Positions 38,913-52,185 of a stretch of 64,000 nt of DNA are shown one piece after another. The position numbers were made by a program, and so were the translations under genes. The notes under the pieces were generated by a model that made no database searches, had not been told where the DNA came from, and saw only the letters and a list, made by a program, of their open reading frames with translations. This stretch comes from Candidatus Tayloriibacteriota bacterium. GTDB lineage: Bacteria; Patescibacteriota; Minisyncoccia; Phycocordibacterales; PALSA-1337. Every line of letters begins with the position of its first letter. The first letter of the stretch is position 1. The stretch covers positions 8,066-72,065 of the forward strand of contig JBAXSG010000002.1 of assembly GCA_037130865.1 (NCBI GenBank), given 5' to 3'.

Positions 38913-40346
38913 TTATAGCTCTCCCAAGAGATCTTTACCTACCCTGAACAAGGTGGCCTCATCTGCATGTCGTGCTGTCATCTGGAAACCTACTGGAAGA
39001 TCTGTCTTTTTTCCACATGGAACAGAAATAGCTGGCATGCCAGTCAAGTTCGCGGTAACAGTGAATATATCCTCCAAATACATAGCTATAGGATCATTTG
39101 TTTTCTCCCCTATTTTGAAAGCTGTCGATGGAGCTGTTGGAGTAGCAATAATATCTACAGACTCAAAAGCTTTGTCGAAGTCTTCAGTGATCATACGACG
39201 CACTGCATTTGCACGATTGTAATAAGCGTCATAATAACCAGACGAAAGAACATATGTACCAAGCAAAATACGACGGATAACTTCACGGCCGAGCCCATCG
39301 CGACGAGATTCGAAGTAATCTTCGATGCCATTTTTGCCATCTTTATGCAAACCAAATCTGACACCATCGAAACGCGCCATGTTTGCAGAAACTTCAGCCG
39401 GCATAACTATGTAATACACCATCAAGGAATATGATATGTTTGGCAATTCTACATCTCGAATCTCATAACCCTTCTTTTTAAGTGTCTCCAGGCTGGCGTT
39501 GAATGCATCGAGAGTAACTGAATCTATACCATCTCCACCTAGAAAATGTCGTGGCACACCAATAATCGGTTTTGCACCTCCATTTTCCCCTTTGCTTGCA
39601 CCTTCTTCTATCGTCGTACCATCTTTTTTATCTTTTCCACGTATCGCATTGAAAACGATCTCACAATCTGTGACAGTCCTTCCGATAGGACCTATCTGAT
39701 CTAGAGAAGAACCCATAGCTATAGCTCCGTAGCGAGATACTGCACCATAAGTTGGCTTCAATCCAACCACTCCGCAGAAGCTGGCCGGCTGACGGATTGA
39801 TCCACCAGTGTCTGAACCAAGAGCGAAAAGTGCGCCATTCATAGCTACAGCTGCGGCAGAACCACCCGATGAACCGCCAGCTACTCTCGAAATATCGTGA
39901 GGATTCTTTGTCACACCATAAGCGGAATTCTCCGTGGAACCACCCATGGCAAATTCATCCATATTTGTACGGCCAAGGATAACTACTCCTTCGGCTTTGA
40001 GTTTGGAAATGACAGTAGCATCATAAGTAGCATGATAATTCTCCAACATCTTCGAGGAAGCACTGGCGATGTGGCCTTTTATGAGGATGTTATCTTTTAT
40101 CGCACAAGGAATACCAATCAAAAGAGGAACTTCTTCGCCACGAGATTTTAGATCAGCAATCCTTTCGTCTGCGAAACGCGCCGACTCTAGAGCATCATCG
40201 AATACCTCAAGATAAGCATTGATCTCACTGTTAACACGTTTTATTTCTCCTATATATTCCGTCGCCAATTGTACAGCTGAAAAATCACCATTCACAAGTG
40301 CTTTGTGGGCTTTGTCTATGGTCAGATTTTTTATATCGATTTTCAT
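38913..40346 (-). CDS. gatA: Asp/Glu-tRNA amidotransferase subunit A
   Basis: IKDNI, NMDEFAMGGSTENS, GGSSGGSAAAV, GSDTGGSIRQPA. Confidence 0.97.
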   Translation of the reverse strand: MKIDIKNLTIDKAHKALVNGDFSAVQLATEYIGEIKRVNSEINAYLEVFDDALESARFADERIADLKSRGEEVPLLIGIPCAIKDNILIKGHIASASSKMLENYHATYDATVISKLKAEGVVILGRTNMDEFAMGGSTENSAYGVTKNPHDISRVAGGSSGGSAAAVAMNGALFALGSDTGGSIRQPASFCGVVGLKPTYGAVSRYGAIAMGSSLDQIGPIGRTVTDCEIVFNAIRGKDKKDGTTIEEGASKGENGGAKPIIGVPRHFLGGDGIDSVTLDAFNASLETLKKKGYEIRDVELPNISYSLMVYYIVMPAEVSANMARFDGVRFGLHKDGKNGIEDYFESRRDGLGREVIRRILLGTYVLSSGYYDAYYNRANAVRRMITEDFDKAFESVDIIATPTAPSTAFKIGEKTNDPIAMYLEDIFTVTANLTGMPAISVPCGKKTDLPVGFQMTARHADEATLFRVGKDLLGEL

Positions 40347-40359
40347 GTTTTTAAGCGCC

Positions 40360-42791
<2,432 letters not shown>

Positions 42792-42806
42792 TTACAGTAT
42801 ACAAGA

Positions 42807-43364
42807 TTATGAACGAACAACCCACTCTAGGGCGCGCTCCACTGTTCTAGAACTAGACTGAGGCTTGAAATCGGATGATTGACTGTTTGGATCTACTTTG
42901 TCACAGAGGTTATATCCTTTTGATTTTATGGTTGTCTGCTTCAAGTTGCCAGTGTTTGGATCATAGAGTTGATCAATACTCACAATAACACAGCCCCAAA
43001 TAGGACCATTGAAAGGAGTGCCATTCTCCGAAAATCCGAAAGTGATAGCTGATGACGAGATATTACTACTCGACAGGTCTGAGAAAACGATATGTCTGGT
43101 CTGACCAGCACAGTTAATATCAAAAGGAGTATTGTTGAAGAAAAGAGAGTTCTCGCCAGAGTCTTTTGCGATGCATTCTATACCAGAATCAGCTGCATAA
43201 AATGAATAGAGAGAATCTCTGGCTGTAGAAGAAAGTATATACTGCTTACGAGCTATACCAAGTATAAATGTCGCCACTCCGAGTACCAATGTAGCGATAA
43301 GTACAGCAAAAAGCAGTGTATATCCTGATTCTTTTCTATCTGTTTTTTGGGTGATTATATTCAT
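42807..43364 (-). CDS. PilX-like minor pilin
   Basis: ESG|YTLLFAVLI lacking E5; FYAADSGIEC; RTVERAL. Confidence 0.8.
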   Translation of the reverse strand: MNIITQKTDRKESGYTLLFAVLIATLVLGVATFILGIARKQYILSSTARDSLYSFYAADSGIECIAKDSGENSLFFNNTPFDINCAGQTRHIVFSDLSSSNISSSAITFGFSENGTPFNGPIWGCVIVSIDQLYDPNTGNLKQTTIKSKGYNLCDKVDPNSQSSDFKPQSSSRTVERALEWVVRS

Positions 43365-43369
43365 GATGA

Positions 43370-43912
43370 TTAACGCGTAGCATTTACCAATTCACTATGT
43401 AGACTGATCTGATTCGGGGTTGTTCCCTCTTTCCAATCAACGAAGACAGTGACTTGATAGTCGGATGAATCTGCTCCAATCGGCGTCAACACGAAGTGTC
43501 TGGAAAATAGGGTCGGCGTGCCATCATTATCGTGATTGTAACCATTTATATCACTGAGATATATAAGACAGCCATTTACCTGATCTGAACAAGATACTTC
43601 TGGATCTGGTCCGTCTTTGTTTGTACCAGCGTCGCATCTACCAGAATTCAAACATCCGGTCAGTCCAGCCAAGAAATCGTTGCCGACGACGATATTGTTA
43701 TCTCTCACATTTTTTATAATCTCCATAGATTCTTGTGCGAGATTTGAAGCGATAGACTGGTCTCTGGAATAAAGTGCCGATGTCAGCGCCTTATTGGCGA
43801 TCGTAAGCGGTCCAGCAATAGCAATCATAAGCACGGCGATAGCCACCAAAGTCTCGATGAGGGTAAATCCGTCTTTTATTTTTATTGAAATTTTTTCTGA
43901 ATAATGTTTCAT
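43370..43912 (-). CDS. PilV-like minor pilin
   Basis: G|FTLIETLVAIAVL; LAQESMEIIKNVRD. Confidence 0.85.
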   Translation of the reverse strand: MKHYSEKISIKIKDGFTLIETLVAIAVLMIAIAGPLTIANKALTSALYSRDQSIASNLAQESMEIIKNVRDNNIVVGNDFLAGLTGCLNSGRCDAGTNKDGPDPEVSCSDQVNGCLIYLSDINGYNHDNDGTPTLFSRHFVLTPIGADSSDYQVTVFVDWKEGTTPNQISLHSELVNATR

Positions 43913-43929
43913 CTTATTGTTTGTATGGC

Positions 43930-44640
43930 TTATGGATTGCCTATTGCGGATGACGAATATATAGATGTGCGAGTAGAAGCGGCTGTCTGCACAGTGAAAT
44001 AAGTTCTATCTTTCTCCAATACTCCTGTATAACCAGATATGCGAATTGAAGCCAATGGATATTGCCTGCCAGAAACTTTTATATTGTATCCGGTTATAGT
44101 CACATTTGTTGGTGAGATTATAGGTGAAAAATCTCCGTCGTCACTCAGGACTGGCGTCGATATTGCAGATGGATGTGCACATAGACCGGCTGTGGATTTC
44201 GGCTGTTTTGCTTTTTCTAGACTATAAGTCTGAACTGGGCTTGTATTCAATGGTTTGAATATGTATTCATAAGCAAGATTGTATTGAGAAGAACAAGAAG
44301 AATCCAAAGCTGGTTCAGACGACAAGAATGCTATATAACTACCATTTTGAGAGTTATTACCTTCAAAACATGGACTGGAAGACAAGGTCAGACCATCAGC
44401 AGAGACAGCTCCAGATCCGCACTGATACTCTGTACCAGCACGCATCTCGCGTGACAATGATTCCAGAGCAAAGTTCAAGTTGGTCATAGCAGTCTGAATG
44501 CTTTGAGCTTTCTTGTTCGCACTTATAATCCTTATCAATGCTCCAGAGGCAACCATAGCTACGACAGCAAATATAGCCATCGAGACCATCATCTCCACTA
44601 GAGTAAAACCTTTATTTCTTTTTTTAATAATTGAATACAT
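43930..44640 (-). CDS. PilW-like minor pilin
   Basis: G|FTLVEMMVS; LESLSREMRAG. Confidence 0.85.
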   Translation of the reverse strand: MYSIIKKRNKGFTLVEMMVSMAIFAVVAMVASGALIRIISANKKAQSIQTAMTNLNFALESLSREMRAGTEYQCGSGAVSADGLTLSSSPCFEGNNSQNGSYIAFLSSEPALDSSCSSQYNLAYEYIFKPLNTSPVQTYSLEKAKQPKSTAGLCAHPSAISTPVLSDDGDFSPIISPTNVTITGYNIKVSGRQYPLASIRISGYTGVLEKDRTYFTVQTAASTRTSIYSSSAIGNP

Positions 44641-44668
44641 AAGATTATAAAAGTTGGGCGTTTATTTT

Positions 44669-45262
44669 TTATTGGATTATTGAAACCTGACCATTACCAT
44701 GTACTTCCAAGGAACGAGTACTCTTATCTGTACCAGTAATAGTTATTCTGGCGTATTGTTGATTTAAAAACCCACTAGCAGATATTATGGCTTCTGGGTT
44801 AGGTCTCTTAAATGAAACATCCAGCTGTGTAACTTCGGAACAATTGGTGTCACTAGCTCCAATACATAGACTGGTGACTTTTGTATTACGGGTAATATTG
44901 TACGTATTTACTTGTGTATCACGGCTTGGTCCGGATCCTTCATAAATACCAGTATCGACACCAGAATCAGCAAACATGATCACTCGAGTGTTACCCGGTA
45001 CAGTATTATCGATACCAGTAGTAGCGGCTGTGGAAAAATCAACACCGTATGCGAATTGAAAATCAGATTGCATTCCAGGAGAGCTGGCCACGCTTAAACC
45101 ATATGTCTGAGCTGTACGCATCACCAAGGCGACATCATAGATAAGATTTGTGATAAGTATACTCTGGTCGAAATTACCAAACTTCACAATCATAAGAACC
45201 GTCATCGCTACGAATATACTCACCGATATCAAAAGTTCTATGATAGTAAAGCCCTTCTTCAT
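44669..45262 (-). CDS. FimT/FimU-like minor pilin
   Basis: G|FTIIELLIS; MRTAQTYGL; C-terminal GQV. Confidence 0.85.
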   Translation of the reverse strand: MKKGFTIIELLISVSIFVAMTVLMIVKFGNFDQSILITNLIYDVALVMRTAQTYGLSVASSPGMQSDFQFAYGVDFSTAATTGIDNTVPGNTRVIMFADSGVDTGIYEGSGPSRDTQVNTYNITRNTKVTSLCIGASDTNCSEVTQLDVSFKRPNPEAIISASGFLNQQYARITITGTDKSTRSLEVHGNGQVSIIQ

Positions 45263-45269
45263 GGCTATA

Positions 45270-46076
45270 TTATACTATATATGCAGCAATAATATCTTTT
45301 ATGATGTGCAGATCTATAACTGTAATCTTGAATAACAACACCAGATAAAGACCCAAAACGAGATATGGACCAAATGGAATCTCAGTACGAGGTTTGAACT
45401 TCTTATGTGTATAAAGAAGCCAGACAACACTTACAACAGCACCTATCCAGAATGCCAAAACAACAGCATTCACTCCCCCATTTATTCCCAACAACCAACC
45501 AATGCCCAACATCAATTTACCATCTCCAAGACCCATCCAATTTCCACGAGAGACCAACCAAAGCAATACAAAAGGCAAAGCGATAATAGGACCAGCTAAG
45601 AGCTGCCAGTAAGTAGGGATATGCCATAGAGAAGCGCCTCCTATAAACAAACTCGCCAAGGCAAATGCACTAAAAGTATAACTGAGCTGATCTGGAATGA
45701 TCTTGTGTTTAATATCATAGATAACAATAACCAAGAGTAGACAGCCAATGATTATCTGAATGATAGTAGCTATAGATGCAAAATATGATATTGGTGGAAA
45801 CACAAAAAATATCATCACAAATATAGCTCCAGCGATAAATTCTACCAATGGATACTGCCAAGAAATCTTACTCTTACAACCACGACATTTTCCACGCAAA
45901 GCCAAGAAACTCAATATCGGAAATAATTCCAACCAAGACAACGTCTTGCCACAAGACATACATTTCGATCTACCACCCAAACCGACGCCGGTGTTGAAGC
46001 GTAGTGATACTACATTTAGAAAACTACCTACGATAGCTCCGAACAAGAAAGCGACGATGGTTGAGAATAAGTCCAT
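45270..46076 (-). CDS. pilD: Prepilin peptidase
   Basis: GSFLNV, RSKCMSC, GKCRGC, DIKHKIIPD, MGLGDGKL, IPFGPYL. Confidence 0.95.
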   Translation of the reverse strand: MDLFSTIVAFLFGAIVGSFLNVVSLRFNTGVGLGGRSKCMSCGKTLSWLELFPILSFLALRGKCRGCKSKISWQYPLVEFIAGAIFVMIFFVFPPISYFASIATIIQIIIGCLLLVIVIYDIKHKIIPDQLSYTFSAFALASLFIGGASLWHIPTYWQLLAGPIIALPFVLLWLVSRGNWMGLGDGKLMLGIGWLLGINGGVNAVVLAFWIGAVVSVVWLLYTHKKFKPRTEIPFGPYLVLGLYLVLLFKITVIDLHIIKDIIAAYIV

Positions 46077-46078
46077 TA

Positions 46079-46561
46079 TTATTTTGGCCCTACACAATAA
46101 TCTTGAGAGTTTGCTAGGTTTGAACAAGTCTGGCTATATATAGTCCCACTTAAACCGTTTGCGGTTGCAGATGGATTGGCATTTTCAAGACTGGTATGCA
46201 AAACATAGTCTGTATTTTCGCCATTTAGTCCATATCCATAAGTCTCACCACTGGATGGTGGAGATGGAATCTTACTTATATAAGAACCGAGAGTTATACC
46301 AGCTGTACAAACCCCACCAGAACTATTTCCATTATTTTCCGCGATCGCTAGGCTGCTAGGAAACTGATTACATCTATCGAAATAGAGACCAAGTGCCACC
46401 TGTATCTGTGATATATCGGAAATACGCTGTGTATCACGAGATTTCGACTTCGACTGCATCAGATTGGTCATGATTATACCAGTCAATAAAGCGATAATAG
46501 CAACCACGACCATAAGTTCGATCAAAGTGAATGCCCTGTCGAAGAATGGCCTGATTTTCAT
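46079..46561 (-). CDS. Type IV pilin / GspG-like protein
   Basis: A|FTLIELMVVVAII; SRDTQRISDI. Confidence 0.88.
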   Translation of the reverse strand: MKIRPFFDRAFTLIELMVVVAIIALLTGIIMTNLMQSKSKSRDTQRISDISQIQVALGLYFDRCNQFPSSLAIAENNGNSSGGVCTAGITLGSYISKIPSPPSSGETYGYGLNGENTDYVLHTSLENANPSATANGLSGTIYSQTCSNLANSQDYCVGPK

Positions 46562-46589
46562 GATTTGTGTGAAAAGACTAAATTAAGAG

Positions 46590-47135
46590 TTAGTTACAGA
46601 CAACTGCACCAGCGATTGTGTGAGCAGCCGTAGCAGAACCAACTAAGCCAGTATATGCTGTATTACCACCGATCTGTGTAGTCCTAGATGCACCTGAACT
46701 GTCTGAACAAGCTGCAGATCCATTACTAAGTGTTGCGGCAGCAGACCATGAAGATCCAGATGCGCCGGCATCAAATGCTATATTGCTTGTAGAATCTCCA
46801 ACATCCAACTTTGTACCAGAAACAAGACTGTTCATACCTGAGACAGTATCGGTAAACAATGAAGAAGCTGTACATGCGAGACCGTCTTTACAATCACCAG
46901 CACCATATGAATTGCCATTACTTCCATAATATACCTCGGCAGCAGAACGCATCTGTGCTATTTGGCCTATAATCTTACTATCTTTTGCTTTGCTTCTAGC
47001 TGAATTCAAACTTACAAGGATGACAGAAGACAAAATACCGATAATAGCAATAACGACGAGCAATTCGATGAGGGTGAAACCGGCCAAAGAACCATTAAAA
47101 CCACGGATTTTTCTGGTGCCTGAGAATTTGTTCAT
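46590..47135 (-). CDS. Type IV pilin (candidate major pilin)
   Basis: G|FTLIELLVVIAIIGILSSVILVSLNSARSKAKD; separate upstream -10 box with an AT-rich leader. Confidence 0.9.
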   Translation of the reverse strand: MNKFSGTRKIRGFNGSLAGFTLIELLVVIAIIGILSSVILVSLNSARSKAKDSKIIGQIAQMRSAAEVYYGSNGNSYGAGDCKDGLACTASSLFTDTVSGMNSLVSGTKLDVGDSTSNIAFDAGASGSSWSAAATLSNGSAACSDSSGASRTTQIGGNTAYTGLVGSATAAHTIAGAVVCN

Positions 47136-47213
47136 AAAAATCTAATTAGATTAAATAATAATATTAATAAATTGGACCTAAAAACATAGGTTGTGACTAT
47201 ATTGTAACACTAA

Positions 47214-48428
47214 CTATTGAGAGTTAGCAATGCTATAAATAGGTATAAGTACTGAGGCCAGCAATACGGCCACTCCTCCTCCTAAGAAGACAATCATCGC
47301 TGGTTCTATGACAGATACCAAGCTTTCCACTGCCGTCTCCACTTCACGGACATAGAATTTGGCAACTGTCTTCAATATAAATCCAACTTCTCCACTCTCT
47401 TCACCGACCTTGACCATCTGTACGATTATGCCAGGCATTTCTCGTGGGTCATTGGATATAGATTCTGACAACGTCTTGCCCCCTCTTACTCCTTCTGCTG
47501 CATGCATGATTATATCTTGATATATACGGTTATCTATAACCGTAGAAGTCAACTCCAAAGCTCGTACTATAGGGATACCAGCCACGAGCATCGTATTCAT
47601 ATTGTCTGAGAAACGTGATAGGTAAAGTTTCTTGTAGAGACCGCTCACATAAGGGATGTTCAGCTTGAAATTGTCGAAAGCCGCTTTACCGGTCGATGTG
47701 CGAACAAATCTGACTAGGAAGAATCCGGCTACAAGCAATATTCCAAGTAATACGAAACCGTAGTTGACTAGGAAATTACTAATACCCAATATAATCTGCG
47801 TATATATCGGTATAGATCCACCAGAATCCAAGATAATACCGCTAATCTTCGGTATGACCATTGTGAACATCAGTATCATGACTACAATGAAAGTGACAAA
47901 GACGAAAGCTGGATATACCAACGCTCCCCTGACTTTGGAGACGAGTTCATATGTTCGATCCAAATAATCAGCCAAGTATTCGAAGACTTCGTTGAGTTTT
48001 CCTGACTCTTCACCGGCCTTGACCATGCTGACATAAAATGGAGAAAATACTTTGGAGTGTTTCGAAAGTGCTGAAGATATAGAATTTCCGCTTTGTATAT
48101 CATCGGAAACTGTACGCAATATACTGGCAAGCTTACGGTTCTCCGTCTCAGTAGATAAAAGTCTAAATATTCTAAGTGCAGAAACTTGTGCATCGAAAAG
48201 TGTTGAAAGCTGTCTTGAAAGTATAACTATGTCTTTAGTGGAGACGCGGTCGAACCAAGTTATCTCTTTACCAAAAAGAGACTGTGATTCTTCCGCCTCC
48301 TTGATAGATACTAGAACCAAGTTACGGCGCTGAAGTGAAGATATTGCTATATCTACATTTACAGCATCTATAGAGCCATTTCTCTTGGTTCCGGATGCTG
48401 ATTCTATGGCTTCATAGTTGAATAACAT
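47214..48428 (-). CDS. pilC: Type IV pilus platform protein PilC/GspF
   Basis: SRQLSTL, AGEESGKL, ALVYPAF, VGEESG, IEP. Confidence 0.95.
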   Translation of the reverse strand: MLFNYEAIESASGTKRNGSIDAVNVDIAISSLQRRNLVLVSIKEAEESQSLFGKEITWFDRVSTKDIVILSRQLSTLFDAQVSALRIFRLLSTETENRKLASILRTVSDDIQSGNSISSALSKHSKVFSPFYVSMVKAGEESGKLNEVFEYLADYLDRTYELVSKVRGALVYPAFVFVTFIVVMILMFTMVIPKISGIILDSGGSIPIYTQIILGISNFLVNYGFVLLGILLVAGFFLVRFVRTSTGKAAFDNFKLNIPYVSGLYKKLYLSRFSDNMNTMLVAGIPIVRALELTSTVIDNRIYQDIIMHAAEGVRGGKTLSESISNDPREMPGIIVQMVKVGEESGEVGFILKTVAKFYVREVETAVESLVSVIEPAMIVFLGGGVAVLLASVLIPIYSIANSQ

Positions 48429-48451
48429 ATAAGTGGATTAGGAAATGTATA

Positions 48452-49510
48452 TTATAAGAGTCGTTCTAGAGATTTAGGACTCATTGAATAGGCGTATGCG
48501 GTTTCTGGTGTAATCTCCCCTGCGCGGACAAGCTCTGCTAGAGAATGATTCATGTCTATCATACCCGATTGTGAACCGGTTTCAATGACAGTATTGATTT
48601 CGTGGGTGCGGCGTTCACGGATAAGATTTGAGACTGCGGCGTTATTTATGAGAAGCTCATAAGCCGGGATGAGACCACCGGATATACGAGGGACGAGTCT
48701 TTGTGAGAAGATACCAGATAAAGATCCTGCTAACTGCATACGAATCTGATCTTGTTGTGAGGCTGGAAATGAATCTATGATGCGATCTATAGTCTGAGCC
48801 GCATTGTTGGTGTGCAATGTAGAGAATACCAAATGACCTGTCTCAGCAGCGGTAACTGCAGCTGACATAGTAAGAATATCTCGCATCTCACCTACCATAC
48901 AGACGTCTATATCCTCGCGGAACATAGCAGTAAGAGCATTGGCGAAATCTGGAGTATCGGTTCTGACTTCTCGCTGATCGACAACAGATTTTTTGGATTC
49001 AAAAATGTATTCGATAGGGTCTTCGATAGTTAAGATATGTTCTGTACGAGTCTGATTTATCATCTCTATCATAGACGCAATGGTGGTGGTCTTACCTTGA
49101 CCTATTGGGCCTACGACCAAAAAGAATCCCTGTGATTTTCGTGTGAAAGATTCTAGTATTGCTGGCAAGCCAAGCTCTACCAATGTACGGATCGATCTTG
49201 GAATAAGTCGAAGAGCAATAGCGGGGTTTCCTTGACTGTAATATATATGACCTCGAAAACGAGCATGAGTAAGATTGTAAGAAAAATCCACATCTTTTTC
49301 CTTTTCCAATAATACCCTACTCTCTTTCGTCAAAAAAACATCCACATAACCCTTCATGTCCACCTCAGTTATAACAGGCCTCTTCATGAGAGGTATCAAA
49401 GATCCTGACACACGGATTATCGGCGTGCGTCCAGCAGATAAGTGTAAATCTGAGGCATCTTCCTTCAGAATCAAATCTACAAGTTCATCTATTTCTTTGC
49501 GATAGTCCAT
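48452..49510 (-). CDS. pilT: Pilus retraction ATPase PilT
   Basis: ASDLHL, GQGKTTT, TIEDPIE, GEMRD, AETGHLVFSTLHT, NLIRE. Confidence 0.95.
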   Translation of the reverse strand: MDYRKEIDELVDLILKEDASDLHLSAGRTPIIRVSGSLIPLMKRPVITEVDMKGYVDVFLTKESRVLLEKEKDVDFSYNLTHARFRGHIYYSQGNPAIALRLIPRSIRTLVELGLPAILESFTRKSQGFFLVVGPIGQGKTTTIASMIEMINQTRTEHILTIEDPIEYIFESKKSVVDQREVRTDTPDFANALTAMFREDIDVCMVGEMRDILTMSAAVTAAETGHLVFSTLHTNNAAQTIDRIIDSFPASQQDQIRMQLAGSLSGIFSQRLVPRISGGLIPAYELLINNAAVSNLIRERRTHEINTVIETGSQSGMIDMNHSLAELVRAGEITPETAYAYSMSPKSLERLL

Positions 49511-49535
49511 ATTTTATGTTGGATTAGTCTTTATT

Positions 49536-49940
49536 TTATATAGGCTTCTTCGTAATCAAAACATTTTCGACTTCCCTCAAGACTTCAGAAGGAACTGTGG
49601 TAGCCTTCACAATATATCCATCTACATTGAGTTTCCTTGCTCTACCTATATCATCCGAGGAGCCCTGATTCGTAAGCATGATAATGGTGGCATCTGGTAC
49701 TATTTTATTTTCTTTTATAAAAGAAATCATCTCTAGACCATCCATACCAGGCATGACCACATCCGCCAATATGATATCCGGTTTGTAGCCGTCTTTTATG
49801 AGTTGCAGTGCTAGATTTGTAGCATCAGCAGTCTTCACTTCATAACCAGATTTGGAGAACTTTATGGCATACATATCCAAAAGGAACCTATCGTCATCTA
49901 CTAGGAGTATTTTCTTGGGTGTATTTGGTGTATTGGTCAT
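49536..49940 (-). CDS. Single-domain (CheY-like) response regulator
   Basis: ILLVDDD, ADVVMPGMDG, MLTN, YIVK. Confidence 0.9.
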   Translation of the reverse strand: MTNTPNTPKKILLVDDDRFLLDMYAIKFSKSGYEVKTADATNLALQLIKDGYKPDIILADVVMPGMDGLEMISFIKENKIVPDATIIMLTNQGSSDDIGRARKLNVDGYIVKATTVPSEVLREVENVLITKKPI

Positions 49941-50000
49941 ATTATTGATATATATTTGCTGTTATATATTGTAACATAATTAAATATAGTAAAAATTGGA

Positions 50001-51713
50001 TTAGAGTCTAATCACCTCTTCAAATGGTATAACTTTATTGAAAGCCTTAACCATAGCATCCTCCTTGAGGGTCAACATACCCTTTGCACGAACTGTCTTA
50101 TAGACTTCATTCTCGACTGGATTATGTAGGATGACCTTCTCTATATCTTTATCCATCTCAAACATCTCGAAGACTGCCATACGACCACGAGTACCTTTTG
50201 GAGATTCTGCTGTAGGTTTGATCTTGTATACTTGATCGGAAAATGGAACATCTTTCTTGTATTGTGCTGGTAAATCTGCAAATGATTGATCTACCAAAGA
50301 TTTGATACTTCCATCTACAGGTACGAGCTCACCAGATCCTGGAGACAGCACTCCGACCAGTCTTTGTGCCACTGCCAATATCAATGTTGGTGCAATCAAA
50401 TAAGGGTCTACTCCCATATCTATAAGACGTGGTATGACACCGGCAGCATTGTTTGTGTGTAGAGTAGAAAGCACTAAGTGACCAGTAAGAGCCGCCTGCA
50501 CAGCCAACTGTGCTGTTTCCTTGTCACGGATTTCACCGACCATGATTATATCTGGGTCCTGACGAAGTGTAGTTCGCAGACCAGTATCAAATGAATAACC
50601 GATTTCTGGTCTAACCTGTGACTGACTAACACCGTCAATTGTATACTCGACTGGATCTTCCAAAGACAAGACGTTGTAACTCTCACGATCTACCTCACTC
50701 AAAAGTGAATAAAGTGTTGTCGACTTACCGGAACCAGTAGGACCAGTGATGAGTATAAGACCATATGGCTTATTTATAGCGTCTTTCAACATTTTCAGAT
50801 TTCTCGGAGACATATTCAGATCCTTCAGACTACGCATACCCTTCGCTTGATCGAGAATACGCATCTCGACTTTTTCTCCATAATATGATGGGAATGTAGA
50901 TACACGGAAATCAACACGGCGGTCATCTATGCGTGCAGAAAAACGGCCGTCTTGAGGTTTGCGCTTCTCATCTAGACGCATATTTGAGAGAACTTTTATA
51001 CGTGCCACGACCGCTGAATGCACAGAAGGTGGCAATACTAGACTAGTATTCAAAATACCGTCGACACGAAAACGAACACGGACCTTATCGCGAACATGTT
51101 CTATGTGTACATCTGAAGCATCCCCTTCAACGGCATATCTGACTATAGTAGCGACGATCTTAACAACTGGAGCATCCTCTATAATCATGGTCTCCTTCGA
51201 AGTAGAAGTTTCTGGTCTCTTAAATGTCTCCGTGGAGCTATCCACAGTAAGCTCTGTTTCTAGTTCTGATAGAGCCTTATTCACTTCTCCGGTAATGCCT
51301 TTGTATGTATCCAGTATTTTATTGAAATCCTCTTGTGTTATAAGGAATATCTTATATGGTATATTTTTTCTCGCAGCCAAGAAATTCAAAGCGTCTCTTG
51401 CCTCCATATTATCAGGATCAACTAGACCAACTTCCAGGACACCATCTACTAAACCAAGTGGAGCAAAATGATAATGCACCGCCGATTCCTCTGGAATATA
51501 ATCTAAAACTTCAAAAGGTACTGAGTTATCAGCAACAGTTCTAACTGGTACATTCAGGAATTCACTGCGTGCAGCGACCACATCTTCAGGCTTCACACCA
51601 TGAGAGATGAGTGCGTCATCTAGCGTAGCACCATCAGAGACTTGTTTTCGTATTTCTCGGACATCGTCTTTGCTGATGATTTTCTTTTGAAAAAGTATAT
51701 CTATAACACTCAT
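50001..51713 (-). CDS. pilB: Pilus assembly ATPase PilB/GspE
   Basis: ASDVHIE, PQDGR, GPTGSGKSTT, LRQDPD, GHLVLSTLHTN. Confidence 0.95.
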   Translation of the reverse strand: MSVIDILFQKKIISKDDVREIRKQVSDGATLDDALISHGVKPEDVVAARSEFLNVPVRTVADNSVPFEVLDYIPEESAVHYHFAPLGLVDGVLEVGLVDPDNMEARDALNFLAARKNIPYKIFLITQEDFNKILDTYKGITGEVNKALSELETELTVDSSTETFKRPETSTSKETMIIEDAPVVKIVATIVRYAVEGDASDVHIEHVRDKVRVRFRVDGILNTSLVLPPSVHSAVVARIKVLSNMRLDEKRKPQDGRFSARIDDRRVDFRVSTFPSYYGEKVEMRILDQAKGMRSLKDLNMSPRNLKMLKDAINKPYGLILITGPTGSGKSTTLYSLLSEVDRESYNVLSLEDPVEYTIDGVSQSQVRPEIGYSFDTGLRTTLRQDPDIIMVGEIRDKETAQLAVQAALTGHLVLSTLHTNNAAGVIPRLIDMGVDPYLIAPTLILAVAQRLVGVLSPGSGELVPVDGSIKSLVDQSFADLPAQYKKDVPFSDQVYKIKPTAESPKGTRGRMAVFEMFEMDKDIEKVILHNPVENEVYKTVRAKGMLTLKEDAMVKAFNKVIPFEEVIRL

Positions 51714-51772
51714 GTTTTTATATTAAGAAATGAAGGGCTGTCAAACTCTAGCCAAGAACCGCACTCCTACTT

Positions 51773-52183
51773 TTACTTTATCGGACTGACTGGCCTAGTG
51801 ACTGTCTGGGTCTGCGATTGGGGGAAAGGACTTGGAACACCTGAAACTGGTGCAAATGGATCTGCGCGACTACTACCGACTCCTCCGCTTCCGCCAAAAC
51901 CTCCGCCGCCGACATTGACTGCTCGGACTTGCTGAACTCTGTCTATGAGAGATGTGAATATGCTGCTACTGAAAAAACTAGGGTTTATCTTTATGGAACT
52001 GACTTGATTTAGAAGAGCAAGCTCGTTTATACCAACAGAAGCACTCGCTGCGCCAGCAGCAGATTGAGAAGATAGAGGACTAGAGCTAGTGGATGGATTA
52101 TTCCCCATCGTCCAGAAATAAAATCCGCCAGCTATGATGACGATGACTACTATAACAATTGTGGTAATGGTTGATTTATTCAT
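51773..52183 (-). CDS. Pilus-cluster single-TM protein (PilP position)
   Basis: Follows pilO; TM and DPFAP. Confidence 0.7.
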   Translation of the reverse strand: MNKSTITTIVIVVIVIIAGGFYFWTMGNNPSTSSSPLSSQSAAGAASASVGINELALLNQVSSIKINPSFFSSSIFTSLIDRVQQVRAVNVGGGGFGGSGGVGSSRADPFAPVSGVPSPFPQSQTQTVTRPVSPIK

Positions 52184-52185
52184 GT